Origin: Hemiscyllium ocellatum
Lineage: Eukaryota
Direction of reading: 5' to 3'
Assembly: GCF_020745735.1 (NCBI RefSeq)
Contig: NC_083404.1
Span: 34,161,731 to 34,225,730, forward strand
Length of the DNA stretch: 64,000 nt
A program made the position numbers and the translations under genes. Numbering within the stretch: position 1 is the stretch's first letter; each line of letters starts with the position of its first letter. Shown here piece by piece: positions 24,862-37,748 of this stretch. Below the pieces are notes generated by a model. That model was not told the origin of the DNA, did not search any database, and saw only the letters and a program-made list of their open reading frames with translations.

Positions 24862-27234
24862 CTAGGAGGAAGACAGTGAACAGGATCAGAAACAAAAATG
24901 AACATGCTCACAGTAAAACAAGTCTTTCAAGTGAAGCAAAAGCTTATTGTGTGCAGGAAAAAAGTAAAAATATATTTAAGACACATGCACAAAAAATGCA
25001 CCGAAGCAGCAAATAGTCTATATAAAGATGAGTAGTTTATAGGTTAGAGTGTTCATTTAACAAGACAGCTTTGACATTCAATTTCTTCAAAACTTGCTAA
25101 CCTTAAAACTCAACAGTCATGGTCAAATTTATGAACCCTTAAATTCCATTAACAATCCTTCCAGAGAGCATCTACTCCACAACACAGCAAGTAACAACTG
25201 AATTAGCTGTTACACTTTGTAATGCAGCGACTGCAACAGAAACTAACAACATAGTTCGGGAATCAAATTAGCAATAATCATCTTAACACTCATGCTGATG
25301 GTGCTCTCACCTTCATCAGTATCTGCTCCAGTTCTGGGAATTGGCTGTTGATCAATATGCACCATAAGCCAATGATCCTCATACCCCATGATCTCATACT
25401 GAGACAAAGACCAGGTTGCAGATATAGTGATCAGTGGGAGGAAAGTTGTGGCTAGGCAAAAATATGGCAGAATGGAATACAACATGGAGGAATCTCAGGT
25501 TATCCACTTTGGTGGTAAAACCAGAATCATGTCTCACTGCAACTACATATAGCCGTACCAAGATCATACTTTGAGACATGTGTACAGTGTTGGTCGCCTC
25601 ATCTAAGGAATGATCTACTTGCCATCAGAATTCTCTGCACCAGAAGAACATAGAACATTACAATGCAGTACAGGCCCTTTGGCCCTCGATGTTGCGCTGA
25701 CCTGATTAAAAGACTGTGCAGGCTTGGTCTTTGAATCAGATGGAGATAGAAACTGACAGATGAGAAAGATCAAGTAGTACAGGCTAGAGCAACAAAACAA
25801 CAGTGTGCTAGAAAATCAGTTTATGATCTTACTGAATAGCAGTTTTTTTTCCTTTTAAGGGCTGAATGCCATCTCCCAGGTCCAATTTCTCATGTTCTTC
25901 TGCTCACTGGAAATTTTATTTCAAGAAACAGTCATACCTCTGAGAATAGAGTCATCTGATTTGGTCTATTGTCAGGGATAGGAGGGCGTGAACCTAGTCT
26001 GGGATCAAGGTAGCAGAGGACAGCTTCAAACCATGCAATGTCTGACAGGTGTGAGGCTCCTATTGCCTAAATGAATGAATTGACCGTGAATGCAAGCAAG
26101 CAGAGTTAATAAGAACTAGTGTTAGTCTGGGACAGTATAGAAATTGTATAGCCTGTTGGCAGTAATAGCTTCCATGATTTCCGGCCTTATGTCAGGGCCC
26201 TGGACATGTCATTCAAACTATATTATTCATCTGCATCTTCATGTCTTCTCATTTTAACTAACTGTAGAAACTCTTGCTATCCATTTTTCCAAACATAACT
26301 CACATTATCTCGACTAATTTCTTGGTAAATACTTCATGTATCTCCTGCCTTTCGAGCAAGCTAGTCGATATACCACTTATCTTCACAAAATTTCATGCTT
26401 TCAAGTTTGATCTTGTCCTCACCTCCATTCGTTAACCACAGATGGCGAATCCTTCAGTTAGATTTTTTTTAAACAATGCTGTAGGAGTACACATATTCTG
26501 AGAATTCTCTAATGTTCCCTTAAATGTCTGTTACTGCTCCACTGTTCTGTCCTAATTTCTCAATTAATTTCAGTTCACTGCCTTTTGTGTCCACATTGCT
26601 ATCTTACTACCCTTAGGGCATTGCAAACTGAATATAAACTTCAATCATATTGCAATTGCTGCTACCTAGGAACACCTTTACTCTGAAAGCATTAATAAAT
26701 ATTGTCTCATTAAACTAGACTTGATATTGTGCAATCAGCTCTCTGGTTGGTTCCAGGGTGGACTACTCTCAGAAACTCTCTGGAAAGCATTGGATGAGCT
26801 CCTCGTCCAGGCTACACTATCAGTCTTATTTTTCTTGTTTGAGAGTACATTGAAGTCATCCATGATTATTGGTGTCGTTGCATCACAAACTTCTCATATT
26901 TTGTCCCACTATAACTATGGAAGCAGGGAGGGGTCAGCTTGATGTAACAAATTAAGCAGTAGAGTCAAGCCAGGAAGCAAAACAGAAAATGAGAAATGGC
27001 TGGCAGAGCACTGATCCTTGCACAGTTCAGTGCAGACTGTTAATGACACAGCTCTCACTTCCTCCAGTACTGATGGCAATTGTCAATTAACTTCTCTCAC
27101 CCCATTCTTTGAACCTCACATCTATTCAAGAATGTGCTAACTAGCTACTTGAAAAAAATATGGGCGAGTGAGCACCTTCAAAATTAATTTCTTTTTTGGC
27201 AATCCCATTGCTTTCTATTTGAGGCTACAAAAAG

Positions 27235-27800
27235 CAAAATAGATAAACAGTGACCAGTGGGTATGGTGTATTTTGATTTTCATAAGGCTTTTGCAAAGAT
27301 TACGCACAGGAAGGTTACATACTAAATTACAACAATAGGCTCATAGCAATATAGTGGCATGATTTGAGAATCACTGAATGGATGGGAAAAAAATATCAGT
27401 AGATATCAACAGGTCTTCTTAGCTTGACAAGCGGTGATACATGGGGTTTGTCAAGAGTCAGTACTTGTGGCTCAGCTGTTCCAAGATCTGTATCAATGAT
27501 TTGGAAATGGGGCCCAAATTCTAAACTTTCAAGCTTTAGGACAATACAAAACTAAGTGATAATGTGACTTTTTGACAAAGGGGTTTTTGACAGGCTGAAC
27601 AGACAGGAACATGACAGATGAAACGCCAATGTATGAAAAGCATGAAGTTATTCATTAGCTTCTCCCTTGGTGAGTTTATATCCTTAAAACTCTTTTCTGC
27701 ACCCTTTCAAGTTTAACAACATCCTTCCTATCGTAGGCAATATTTCCAAACACATTCTACCAATATCCTGTATAGCTACATGACATCCCAACTTGTTTTG
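27235..27800 (+). mobile_element. Old CR1 RT remnant with adjacent inverted CR1 piece
   Basis: gtgtattttgattttcataaggcttttg (YxDFxKAFD-like); from about 27660 the sequence is reverse-complement CR1. Confidence 0.55.
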
Positions 27801-29580
27801 ATGCATTGTAATTATCTAATATCTCAAGGTGCTTTGCCAGGAGTGTTGACACCTAGTCACATAAGATGATATTGAGTCAGGTGACTGAAAAACAATTTAT
27901 AAAAAAGAGAGAACAGTCAAGTGGACGCGACACAAGATAATACCACAGCATCTGTTCGAGGCAACTCAAAGCAGAGCTGCTAAGGATGAATAATTAACAT
28001 CAGGAATAATCAACAAGTCAACTGCAGAGGAGCAGATATAATCAGAAGGTGATGAGGCTATAGAAGGTGAAGACATAAGACTGATATTGCCACTAAAGGA
28101 CACTATAGCAAATATCTCAGTTTAAAATGGAGGCATATCTTAACAGAGAGCCAAAATAAGTCAGCAAACACACATGTATTAAGGAAAGTGGAACATGACG
28201 CAATTTTGGATGACCTCAAGTTTAGGGGATAGAAGATGGAAATCTGATTAACAGTGTGTTGGATTAGTCAAAACGTTGAAGCAACTTAAGAATGCATTAG
28301 AACACTTTTCTGTGAACCATAAGCTGAGGGAAAGACATGTTTTTTATGTTATGGAGAGTAAACTCAGTGAATCAGAAAAAGTAGGGTAGCAGTCAATTTC
28401 ACTAAATTACAATCAGCAGAATTCAAGTATGATTGTGGAGAGCTATTTGATTGTGGGATAGAAATTTTTAAAAATGCTAACGTTCAACATTTAGAGTGAA
28501 TGGAAATGGTGTTGACCGTAGAGTGGAGCAAATGGTGTTAATAGTGACATAATTATGAATTCATTTTCATCATTAAGCTGAGAAGTCATACAATAAAGTA
28601 TTATGCCAATCAGATTATTTGATTTAATTCATTAAGATGATATGAAAGAACCTTCAAGTTGGAAAGGAAGCAGAACTTTGGAATGCATACTTCAATGAAA
28701 CCTCAATTAACTACTATTCAAGTATTCTAAGTATTTAATAGTGTCTTCCAAAATTTGAGGTGGGATAAATTGGAATCCAAAAACAGATTTGCAGATAGCT
28801 AACAGTAATGGCTTATTTTTAAATCAGAAGATTCTCAGTTCCTACTTTGCAAATCGGAATATTAAATCTAGACTGTCACTTCTATGTGGCACCGAAGTGA
28901 CAAAAAACACTTTGTATTAATTGAATCCTTGAACCAAACCCATATGCTCACTCATATGAGCATGCACAATCCTCAGGTAACTTGCTTAAGTGACAACTCA
29001 TGTGAAAGGCAAACAGTATTTCCAAGCTACTAAACTATATTTTTGGCTTAATGCAATTTGGCTATATATATTTTTTTTTGGGATAAAGGGCTCATGTGGA
29101 ATAATGGTCGTGTAACTACTTCTGAGCGAGGAGGTCCACGTTAAAGGCCCACCTGCTTTTGATGTGTCTTATAACATTTCTGAACAAGTTAGTTTTGAAA
29201 ACAGCCATTTTCAGGGTCAGTAATCAGTACTGGAGATCCTTCCAGCTCACTATGACTGAAGGCCTAATTTTATGCTAATTGTAGCACCTCAATTTCTGCC
29301 TTGATGCAAGTCACAATAGTAATTAACCTACACAAATCTGAACCAAGGAGTTAATGATCTTTGAGACAGAACAAGCTTAAAAATGAATCAAATAACTACA
29401 CTCACATTCCAGAAGCAGATATGTGGTCCAAATTTTGAGTAGATTCTTTGTGGAGGTCTATAAATAGCTGAAAGCTTATTACAGTCAGCTGAATATCAAG
29501 TCCTCCCTTGAGAACTAAATTGAACCTTCAGTCCTGTTAGGCACTACAAATAATGGAAAGCAAGATTATTTCTTACATAC

Positions 29581-29619
29581 CCTTCTTGTACCACTCAGAC
29601 TTCTGCCTGAAAATGCTTG
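29581..29619 (-). CDS. Candidate LRRFIP2 cassette microexon, 39 nt, QAFSGRSLSGTRR
   Basis: Acceptor ctattttttaag|CAA, strong donor AGG|gtatgt, phase 0/0, no stop, Ser/Arg-rich like neighbouring exons. No homology recalled. Confidence 0.5.
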
Positions 29620-29713
29620 CTTAAAAAATAGCAGACGTCATCAAGACATCCAATGTATGAAATTGTAAACATGACCATGTGCTCGGTGCAGCAAGGTCTC
29701 CTGCGTTCCTTAC

Positions 29714-29737
29714 GGTCAATGCACAGTTGAAACAGAA
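29714..29737 (-). CDS. Candidate LRRFIP2 cassette microexon, 24 nt, FCFNCALT
   Basis: Acceptor cccttttttcag|TTC, donor ACC|gtaagg, phase 0/0. Lies 94 nt from the 39-nt candidate. Confidence 0.45.
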
Positions 29738-30997
29738 CTGAAAAAAGGGCTATTACCAAAATAATTGAAGTCACTTTGGGAACTGCCACCATGATTTTGG
29801 CATTCTTGCTTAATTATGACAACATCCCTTCGGCCTGATGCTCATATTCTGAAATGCAGCTGAACCGTTTAACCACAAAAAGCAGACAAGAACACAACAA
29901 ATACCAAAATAAGTAGTGTTTCAGATGCAAGCTCAAAACAAAGAAAAATATCTTCTGTCTACATGGTGCTAAAGTGGTATACAGTAGAAAAGTCTCAATG
30001 CAGCACAGTATGTGTACAAACAGATGCTGCTTATCATATCAGTTTGAGGTTCACAGCATCTGCTTGCCCCTATTGTTACTCAGAGAATTGTGATTATGCC
30101 TAAAGCAGGGTTGTGTCAAACATTAAGAGTTGTGTAAGCTATCCGAAAGACAATTTCAAACTTAAGGAAATGGCTCAAACAACAATCATCTTGAAAATAT
30201 TTCACCAAGTTCACAGGTCTAAGAACAGTTAACAGATATGGGGGGAAAAAAAAAGTGATTCCCATCATCAAAAGGGGGAAAGGGAATAACAAATATGGGT
30301 ATAATGCCTTGAATATTCCTGTTGGGAAAGATGCTTTTGAAGTGTAAAGTCTTAGCACTGAGAAAGATGATTCTTGATTCTTTTGCTGATTTATTTTGAA
30401 AAGATTAGAGCAGATAGACAGGATAGAAGGGAGGAGGGGAAGGCAGAAAGAGAATGTTTCAATAAGGCATCCGATTCTTGATCATGCAAGACGTTTACAA
30501 AGTTTAATATAATAAAATGAATTTGCAATAGTTGGCAGAAAATCAGTACTTGAACATATGGATTGGACGGTCATGTTACTTGGCAGTAATTTTTTTAAAC
30601 AGATTTAAATGAGAGGAACGATGGTTTTCAGAGTGTTCACACTTGCTGACAGAATCAAGCCGTATGAATGAAGATAATCAATTGTAATGGGTTTTGACAA
30701 GGTTGGCAAATTATGGTGATGTAGGAGATGCAATTTAATACTGGAAAATGCAAAGTAGAGCAGTCACTTGGAAAAGATTTCTGTTCAATGGGAATGTTGC
30801 TGAGGTATGAAGAGCAGAGTGAAGAACTTGTTTTTGAGATGTGGCTATGAAATGTATCAGTATCATACTTGACTGTTAAAGAAAACAGTTGAATTTTTCA
30901 ACAAACTTTTACTCAATACAGAGACACACTTTGAAAATATTCAATCCTGCTAAGACCAAACCTGGAATACTGCTTGCAGTTTTGGCCTCCAGAAACT

Positions 30998-31991
30998 GAC
31001 CCATTTGCAGTTACTAGCGGTGTTCCACAAGGATCTGTTTTGGGACCATTGCTGCTTGTCATTTTTATAAATGACCTAGAGGAGGGGCTTGAAAGCTGGG
31101 TGAGCAAGTTTGCGGATGACACAAAAGTCGGTGGAGTTGTGGACAGCGAAGAAGCATGTGGCAGGTTACAGCGGGATATAGATAAGTTGCAGAGCTGGGC
31201 AGAAAGGTGGCAAATGGAGTTCAATGCAGCTAAGTGTGAAGTCATTCACTTTGGTAGGAGTAACAAGATGATGGATTACTGGGCTAATGGTAGGCTACTT
31301 GGTAGTGTGGATGAGCAGAGGGATCTTGGTGTCTATGTACACAGATCTCTGAAAGTTGCCACCCAGTTAAATAGTGCTGTGAAGAAGGCATATGGTGTAC
31401 TGGGCTTTATTAGTAGAGGAATTGAGTTCCGGAGTCCCGAGGTCATGTTGCAGTTGTATAAGACTCTGGTGCGGCCTCATCTGGAGTATTGTGTGCAGTT
31501 TTGGTCGCCATACTATAGGAAGGACGTGGAGGCATTGGAATGAGTGCAGAGGAGGTTTACCAGGATGTTGCCTGGCATGGTAGGAAGATCATATGAGGAA
31601 AGGCTGAGGCACTTGGGGCTGTTCTCATTGGAGAAAAGAAGGTTTGGGGGAGATTTGATAGAGGTGTACAAGATGATTAGGGGTTTAGATAGGGTTGACA
31701 GTGAGAACCTTTTTCTGCTAATGGAGTCAGCTGTTACTAGGGGACACAGCTTTAAATTAAGGGGTGTAGGTATAGGACAGATGTTAGGGGTAGATTCTTT
31801 ACTCAGCGGGTTGAGTGTTCATGGAATGCCCTGCCAGCAGCAGTGGTGGACTCTCCCTCTTTATGGTCATTTAAGCGGGCATTGGATAAGCACATGGAGG
31901 TTATTGGGCTAGTGTAGGTTAGGTAGGCTTCGGTCGGCGCAACATCGAGGGCCGAAGGGCCTGTACCGCGCTGTATTTTTCTATGTTCTAT
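30998..31991 (+). mobile_element. Young 5'-truncated CR1 LINE nested in an older CR1
   Basis: RT motifs VTSGVPQGSVLGPLL, SKFADDTK and RPHLEYCVQFWSP. Premature TGA at 31541-31543, ctatgttctatg tail, possible TSD gaaact (30992-30997 and 31992-31997). Confidence 0.92.
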
Positions 31992-32748
31992 GAAACTCTA
32001 GAAAATGTTGGTGATGTTATACAGAAAGGCTACATCCAAAACAGAAATTAAGAGAATGAAGTACAAGGATAGATGTTTTGGTAGCTTTTTTTGTACAAGA
32101 GAAGTGGGGTTGGGTGGAGGAATGTAATTAAACATGTTTGAAATGATTTTTCTGCCATGTAGGAGTTCATAACTGATAAAACAGGCAATGCATAAGAACT
32201 TCTACATTTTACAAAAAGATGGCAAGCACGTGGAACAGATTATCTGCACAGGTTATGGAACAAAAAAGCCTTAATTGATTTCAAGAAATATTAGACAGGT
32301 TACCACGAAATAAAGCTCAGATTAGAAAATGTTCCAAAAGATGTTGCAACTTATAACTGAATGATCAAGTTAAAATTACGGAATCATTACAAAATTTGGT
32401 ATTGTACTCATAACACATAAGTAAACTACCTGCTCAAATCCTCAATACTAACATCTCTTCTGTGGATCAGATAATCTTGGTGATTAAAATCAAGATCCTC
32501 ATGCCCAAAGGCAGAAATGAGTGACGTCACTCAGGAAAACTTTCATTTGGTTTTATTTGCACATTTTGTACTGCACCAGCTGAATGCTGCATCTTAGTCA
32601 CTGACATGTCAAATCTATTAGACCAATTAAACCAAGAGCATCTTGTTAATCCAGACATATGCACTATAAATAAGTAGATGCACTTATTAAAATGCGTGTT
32701 AGTAATTAAACATCAGGTATTCATGCACACCAATACCAGACACCGTAC

Positions 32749-32796
32749 CATCCATTGATGAATCTCTCCCCATTTCCTACCAGATGAGCGAGAATT
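32749..32796 (-). CDS. LRRFIP2: LRRFIP2 coding exon, 48 nt, NSRSSGRKWGEIHQWM
   Basis: Acceptor cttgcccttcccttttag|AAT, donor ATG|gtacgg. KWG.I..W motif as in human LRRFIP2 DRKWGQIQKWL. Confidence 0.93.
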
Positions 32797-33427
32797 CTAA
32801 AAGGGAAGGGCAAGAGAAAACAATTCTATTTCAGAAACACTGTGTCTAAAGTACTATCAACTTGGATCAATATAAATAGAGAAAACAAAGTTCAGGTTCT
32901 GTTCTGACGTTTCTTCCAAGTTCACCTTGTGGAAGTAGAGACATCAGTAAGTTATCAAGAGATATCAATCTTCACAGTCTTAGACAAAAACTGCAGGGGA
33001 GGTGAATGATTTGAATGATTTAATCTGCAAACCAATTTCAGAAGGTACACAAATCAAGAAATAAAGGCTTGCGCACTAAATCACTAATACAAATGCCAGC
33101 ACAACAAAAATGCTTGGACTCAACAGGACAAACAGCATCTTTCTATCCTTAAAAATGACCCCCACGACTTAAAGACCATCCAACTCTATTTGAATACTAT
33201 CATCTTCCGGTATCAAGGCATTTGTAGCATAGTCATGGTTGCGTATGGATGACTGAAATCGTGAGACCATTTGCCATTTCTGTTTAAATAACAGACAATG
33301 TAAAAGGATTTAAGAAATAATTTTAACACAGACCCATAGTATAGTTACCCAAAAAAACTCATGTATTTAACATGTTAACTGGAGGATTGCCAATTTAGTT
33401 AAGGGTTCAGGTTTTCATTGCATATAT

Positions 33428-33738
33428 GGCGGCAGGGTGGCTCAGGTTAGCACTGCTGCCTCACAGCAGAGACCTGGGTTCAATTTCCATCTCGTGCAAC
33501 TGTCTGTGTGGAGTTTGCACATTCTCCCCGTGTCTGTGTGGGTTTCCTCAGGGTGCTCCGGTTTCCTCCCACAGTCCAAAGATGCGCAGGTTAGGTGAAT
33601 TGGCCATGCTAAATTGCACATACTGTTAGGTGGATTAGACAGGGGAAAATATATGGCGGTGGATTTCTCTTCAGAGGGTCGGTGTGGACTTGTTGGGCCA
33701 AAGGGCCTGTTTCCACACTGTAGGGAATCTAATCTAAT
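33428..33738 (+). mobile_element. HE1-type V-SINE, full length
   Basis: tRNA-like head, V-domain, aatctaatctaat tail. Confidence 0.9.
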
Positions 33739-34896
33739 ATTGATTTCTATATTGGTGGCTGATCCAATGTGGTACAATTAACTGTTAGCATCGCCCAAAT
33801 ACGGCTACACTAAAATTGCCCTCAAGTCAAATACATTTCATGACATACATTTAGTATTAATGATAGCATCAACAAGAGCTGAACAGAAATCATAATTGGA
33901 TCTCAGTATGTCACATTTCAAACAAAAAACTGCTTTGTCTGATTCAAGATGAGGTGGTAGGAGCAGTCAACATGGACACATCTTCATCTAAGTCCTAAAT
34001 GGCCTAACCAATATCGTAACACTGGTTCTAGACTCCACAACTAAGAAAATTATCCCTGCATCTGGTACATTCAGCCCTATTAGAATTTTAGACGTGTCTA
34101 TCAAATGCTAAAATTATTTCAACAAATAAAGCTAACATTGTACTTGAACATCAAGTTAAACTGCCCTCAGTACAATGCATGAAAACATGAAGCACATGCC
34201 CAATTTTGATACAAATAATTCAAAACAAATCAACTTTGGATTTTCAAGGAAGAATTATGAAAGCAGCTGAAAAAACATTCAACCAGTCTGATGGTACAGT
34301 TTTCATCATGATAAAATATTCAAAAAATACATCATTTTCAGCAATAATTTCATAGCACAGAACTGGAGATAAAGCAGTGCGCATGCTGGAAATCTGTAAA
34401 GCATGAACTGCTTGAGAAAAAGAGAACAGGTCTGGCTGCATTCTTAGACAGTGAAGCAGAGCTGATGTCTCGAATCTAGTATGAATCTTTCAGAACTGTG
34501 AACTGCTCAAAAATACTACTTTTCATATTTAACAGAGGCAGAGCCCCAGAGGAAAAGGCAAAGGGTTGTTATCGGTGGAGAAAGCGAAAAGAAAACGTAA
34601 AAAGGGTATACATTAAAGTGTGCAAGGAGGAGAACAGGAGACGGATCCCCTCTATTAAGAGCTATGTGAACAAGACAAACAGGACAGGGATGTGCTTCAT
34701 GTGTCCATAGAGAGAGGGAGAGAATCTACCAAGAAAACAAATATAATGGTCAGCTTCAGAAGATATGAAATTCAACATTGAGACCTAGAGGGTGTAAAGT
34801 GACCAAAGTGAAAATGAGATGACAATTTTCATCTGAAGACCTTCTAGGTGCTTGCTATTTAAATAAATCTTACTGCACTCAGAGTCTTTGAGTCAT

Positions 34897-36145
34897 GGGT
34901 GGTAAGGACAAGCCAGGGAACTATAGACCAGTGAGCCGGATGTCAGTGGTGGTCAATTTGTTGGAAGGAATCCTGAGGGACAGGATGTACATGTATTTGG
35001 AAAGGCAAGGTCTGATTAGGGATAGTCAACATGGCTTTGCACATGGGAAATCATGTCTAACAAACTTGATTGAGTTTTTTGAAGAAGTAACAAAGAAGAT
35101 TGATGAGGGCAGAGCGGTAGATGTGATCTATGTGGACTTCAGTAAGACGTTCGACAAGGTTCCCCATGGGAGACTGGTTAGCAAGATTAGATCTCATGGA
35201 ATACAGGGAGAACTAGCCATTTGAATACAGAACTGGCACAAAGGTAGAAGACAGAGGGTGGTGGTTTTTCAGACTGGAGGCCTGTGACCAGTGGAGTGCC
35301 AAAGGATCGATGCTGGGTCTTTGACTTTGATGCAAGCATAAGAGGTATAGTTAGTAAGTTTGAAAATGACACCAAAATTGGAGGTGTAGTGGACAGCGAA
35401 GAAGGTTACCTCAGATTACAACGGGAACTTGATCAGATGGGCCAATGGTTGGGAAGTGGCAGATGGTAGATAAATGCAAGGTGCTGCATTTTGGGAAAGC
35501 AAATCTTAGCAGGACATATACACTTAATGGTAAGGTCCTAGGGTGTACAAAGAGACCTTGGAATGCAGGTTCATAGCTCCTTGAAAGTGGAGTTGCAGGT
35601 AGATAGGATAGTGAAAGCGGTGTTTGGTATGCTTTCTTTTATTGGTCAAAGTATTGAGTACAGGAGTTGGGAAGTCATTTTGCGGCTGTATAGGACATTG
35701 GTTAAGGCTACTGTTGGAATATTGCGTGCAATTCTGGTCTCCTCTCTATTGGAAAGATGTTGTGAAATTTGAAGGGTTCAGGAAAGATCTACACGGATGT
35801 TGCCAGAGTTGGAGAATTTTAGCTATAGGGAGAGGCTGAACAGGCTGGGGCTGTTTTCCCTGGAGCATCGGAGGCTGAGGGGTGACCTTATAGAGGTTTA
35901 CAAAATTATGAGGGGCATGGATAGGATAAATAGACAAAGTCTTTTCCCTGGGGTGGGGAGTCCAGAACTAGAGGGCATAGGTTTAGGGTGAGATATGAAA
36001 GAGACCTACGGGGCAACGTTTCCACGCAGACGGTGGTACGTGTATGGAATGAGCTGCCAGAGGAAGTGGTGGAGGCTGGTACAATTGCAACATTTAAGAG
36101 GCATTTGGATAGGGATATGAATAGGAAAGGTTTGGAGGGATATGG
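34897..36145 (+). mobile_element. CR1 (HER1-like) LINE ORF2 fragment
   Basis: PGNYRPVS, QHGF, SCLTNLIEFFEEVT and YVDFSKTFDKVPH in several frames, with frameshifts and deletions. Confidence 0.92.
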
Positions 36146-36647
36146 CTGCCACTCATGCTAATGTTTCCACCCTGCAGTCACTGCAATGATGCAACGAAGC
36201 ACAACACCACATTTTCTGCTTTAAGATTTAAACTCTTGTGAAGCAAGAAACGTTTCCAGTTTCTAGTTGGAAATAACCTGTATAGATACAGAGAAATCGC
36301 ATCACAGGACAAGGTCACTTGGTCTATTGTGTCCATGTTTGTTCTAAGTGTAAAATAAGTAGTTTCCAGACTTTACCCTAAATAGTTTTAAGTTTAGCCC
36401 CATCCACTCAGTCAAGATTCTTTATGAACTTTGAACAGGTCTATTAAATTTCATGTCCAGCTTCTCCTCCAAAGAGGATACAAGCTCTAGAATCTTCAAT
36501 TTAAGTAATTTTTTTTAAGCTTCTCTCATACTTGTATATCCTTTTTCCAAGTGTGTTGCCAGATTTAGACATAATATTATGGAATGGAGACCAAATCAAT
36601 GTTTGGAAATATTTGCCAGAACTTTCTTGTTTTTGTGATCTCTTTGT

Positions 36648-36960
36648 GGGCAGCATGGTGGCTCAGTGTTCAGCACTGCTATCTCACAGCACTAAGGAAC
36701 TGGGTTTAATTCCACCCTGAGGTGACTGTGTAGAGTTTGCACAATCCCCCCCATGTCTACATGGTTTTCTTCCCGGTGCTTTGGTTTCTTCCCACAATTC
36801 AAGTAATGTGCAGGTTCAGCAGACTAACCATGGTAAATTGCTCAGAGTCCAGGGATGTGCTGGCTAGGGTCGGGAGTTGAGTCTGGGTAGAATGCTCTTC
36901 AGAGGGTTGGTGTGGATTCAACAGGTCAAATGGCCTGCTTCCACACTTAAGGGATTCTGT
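36648..36960 (+). mobile_element. HE1-type V-SINE, older copy
   Basis: Diverged head, V-domain and tail. Confidence 0.8.
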
Positions 36961-37479
36961 AAGAAACCCAAAATACCATTCACTTTATTAAGTGCTTTCC
37001 ACAAATGTTGCCTGCAAAGTTTAATTCTAAGTTACCTGGGCCAGATTTGTTTTCACACCGTCAAAACACAATTTCCTCCAACTGATTTTAACTCCAGATC
37101 TCCCCTGCTCCCCCCACCCCCTCTTCAATTTCTAATTTAAATCTTGTGATGCTGAGCTCATCGTCAGCTGAATCTTCCACCGCAGAATTGATTTGCTTGA
37201 TCCATTTCATTCAGAACACATCTAACCAAAGCCTCCTTCCTCATTTATCCAGAAGCAAAAAACATAAATATGTAACAAGAATATTCTTCAGAATACACAT
37301 GGAGATCGCAGTACAAAGTCCCCTATTCCAATTACTTTCAGGTTTTGCATTTCTCTGTATTCTCTAACCACCAATTATTGGCCAAGATATTGATAGAACA
37401 AGTCAGCAAAGAACTTAATCTAACATAACGGTGCCAACACTTTTCAAAGTTCTAATGTGAAAATTTGATTCTTGACGTG

Positions 37480-37748
37480 GGCGCCAGAGACCGGGTTCAA
37501 TTCCCGCCTCAGGTGACTGACTGTGTGGAGTTTGCACATTCTCCCAGTGTCTGCGTGGGTTTCCTGCGGGTGCTCCGGTTTCCTCCCACAGTCCAAAAAT
37601 GTGCAGGTTAGGTGAATTGGCCACGCTAAAATGCCCGTAGTGTTAGGTGCAGAGGTAAATGTAGGGGAATGGATCTGGGTCAGTGCGCTTCAGCGGGTCG
37701 GTGTGGACTTGTTGGGCCAAAGGGCCTGTTTCCAAATTGTAAGTAATC
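37480..37748 (+). mobile_element. HE1-type V-SINE, 5'-truncated
   Basis: Starts near the B box gggttcaattccc; V-domain; tail tgtaagtaatc. Confidence 0.88.

Noticed and set aside
29581-29606. Alternative CAG acceptors giving 22- or 26-nt exons
   Set aside because: They would shift the frame or introduce a stop; the 39-nt version preserves frame, although these acceptors cannot be excluded without RNA data.
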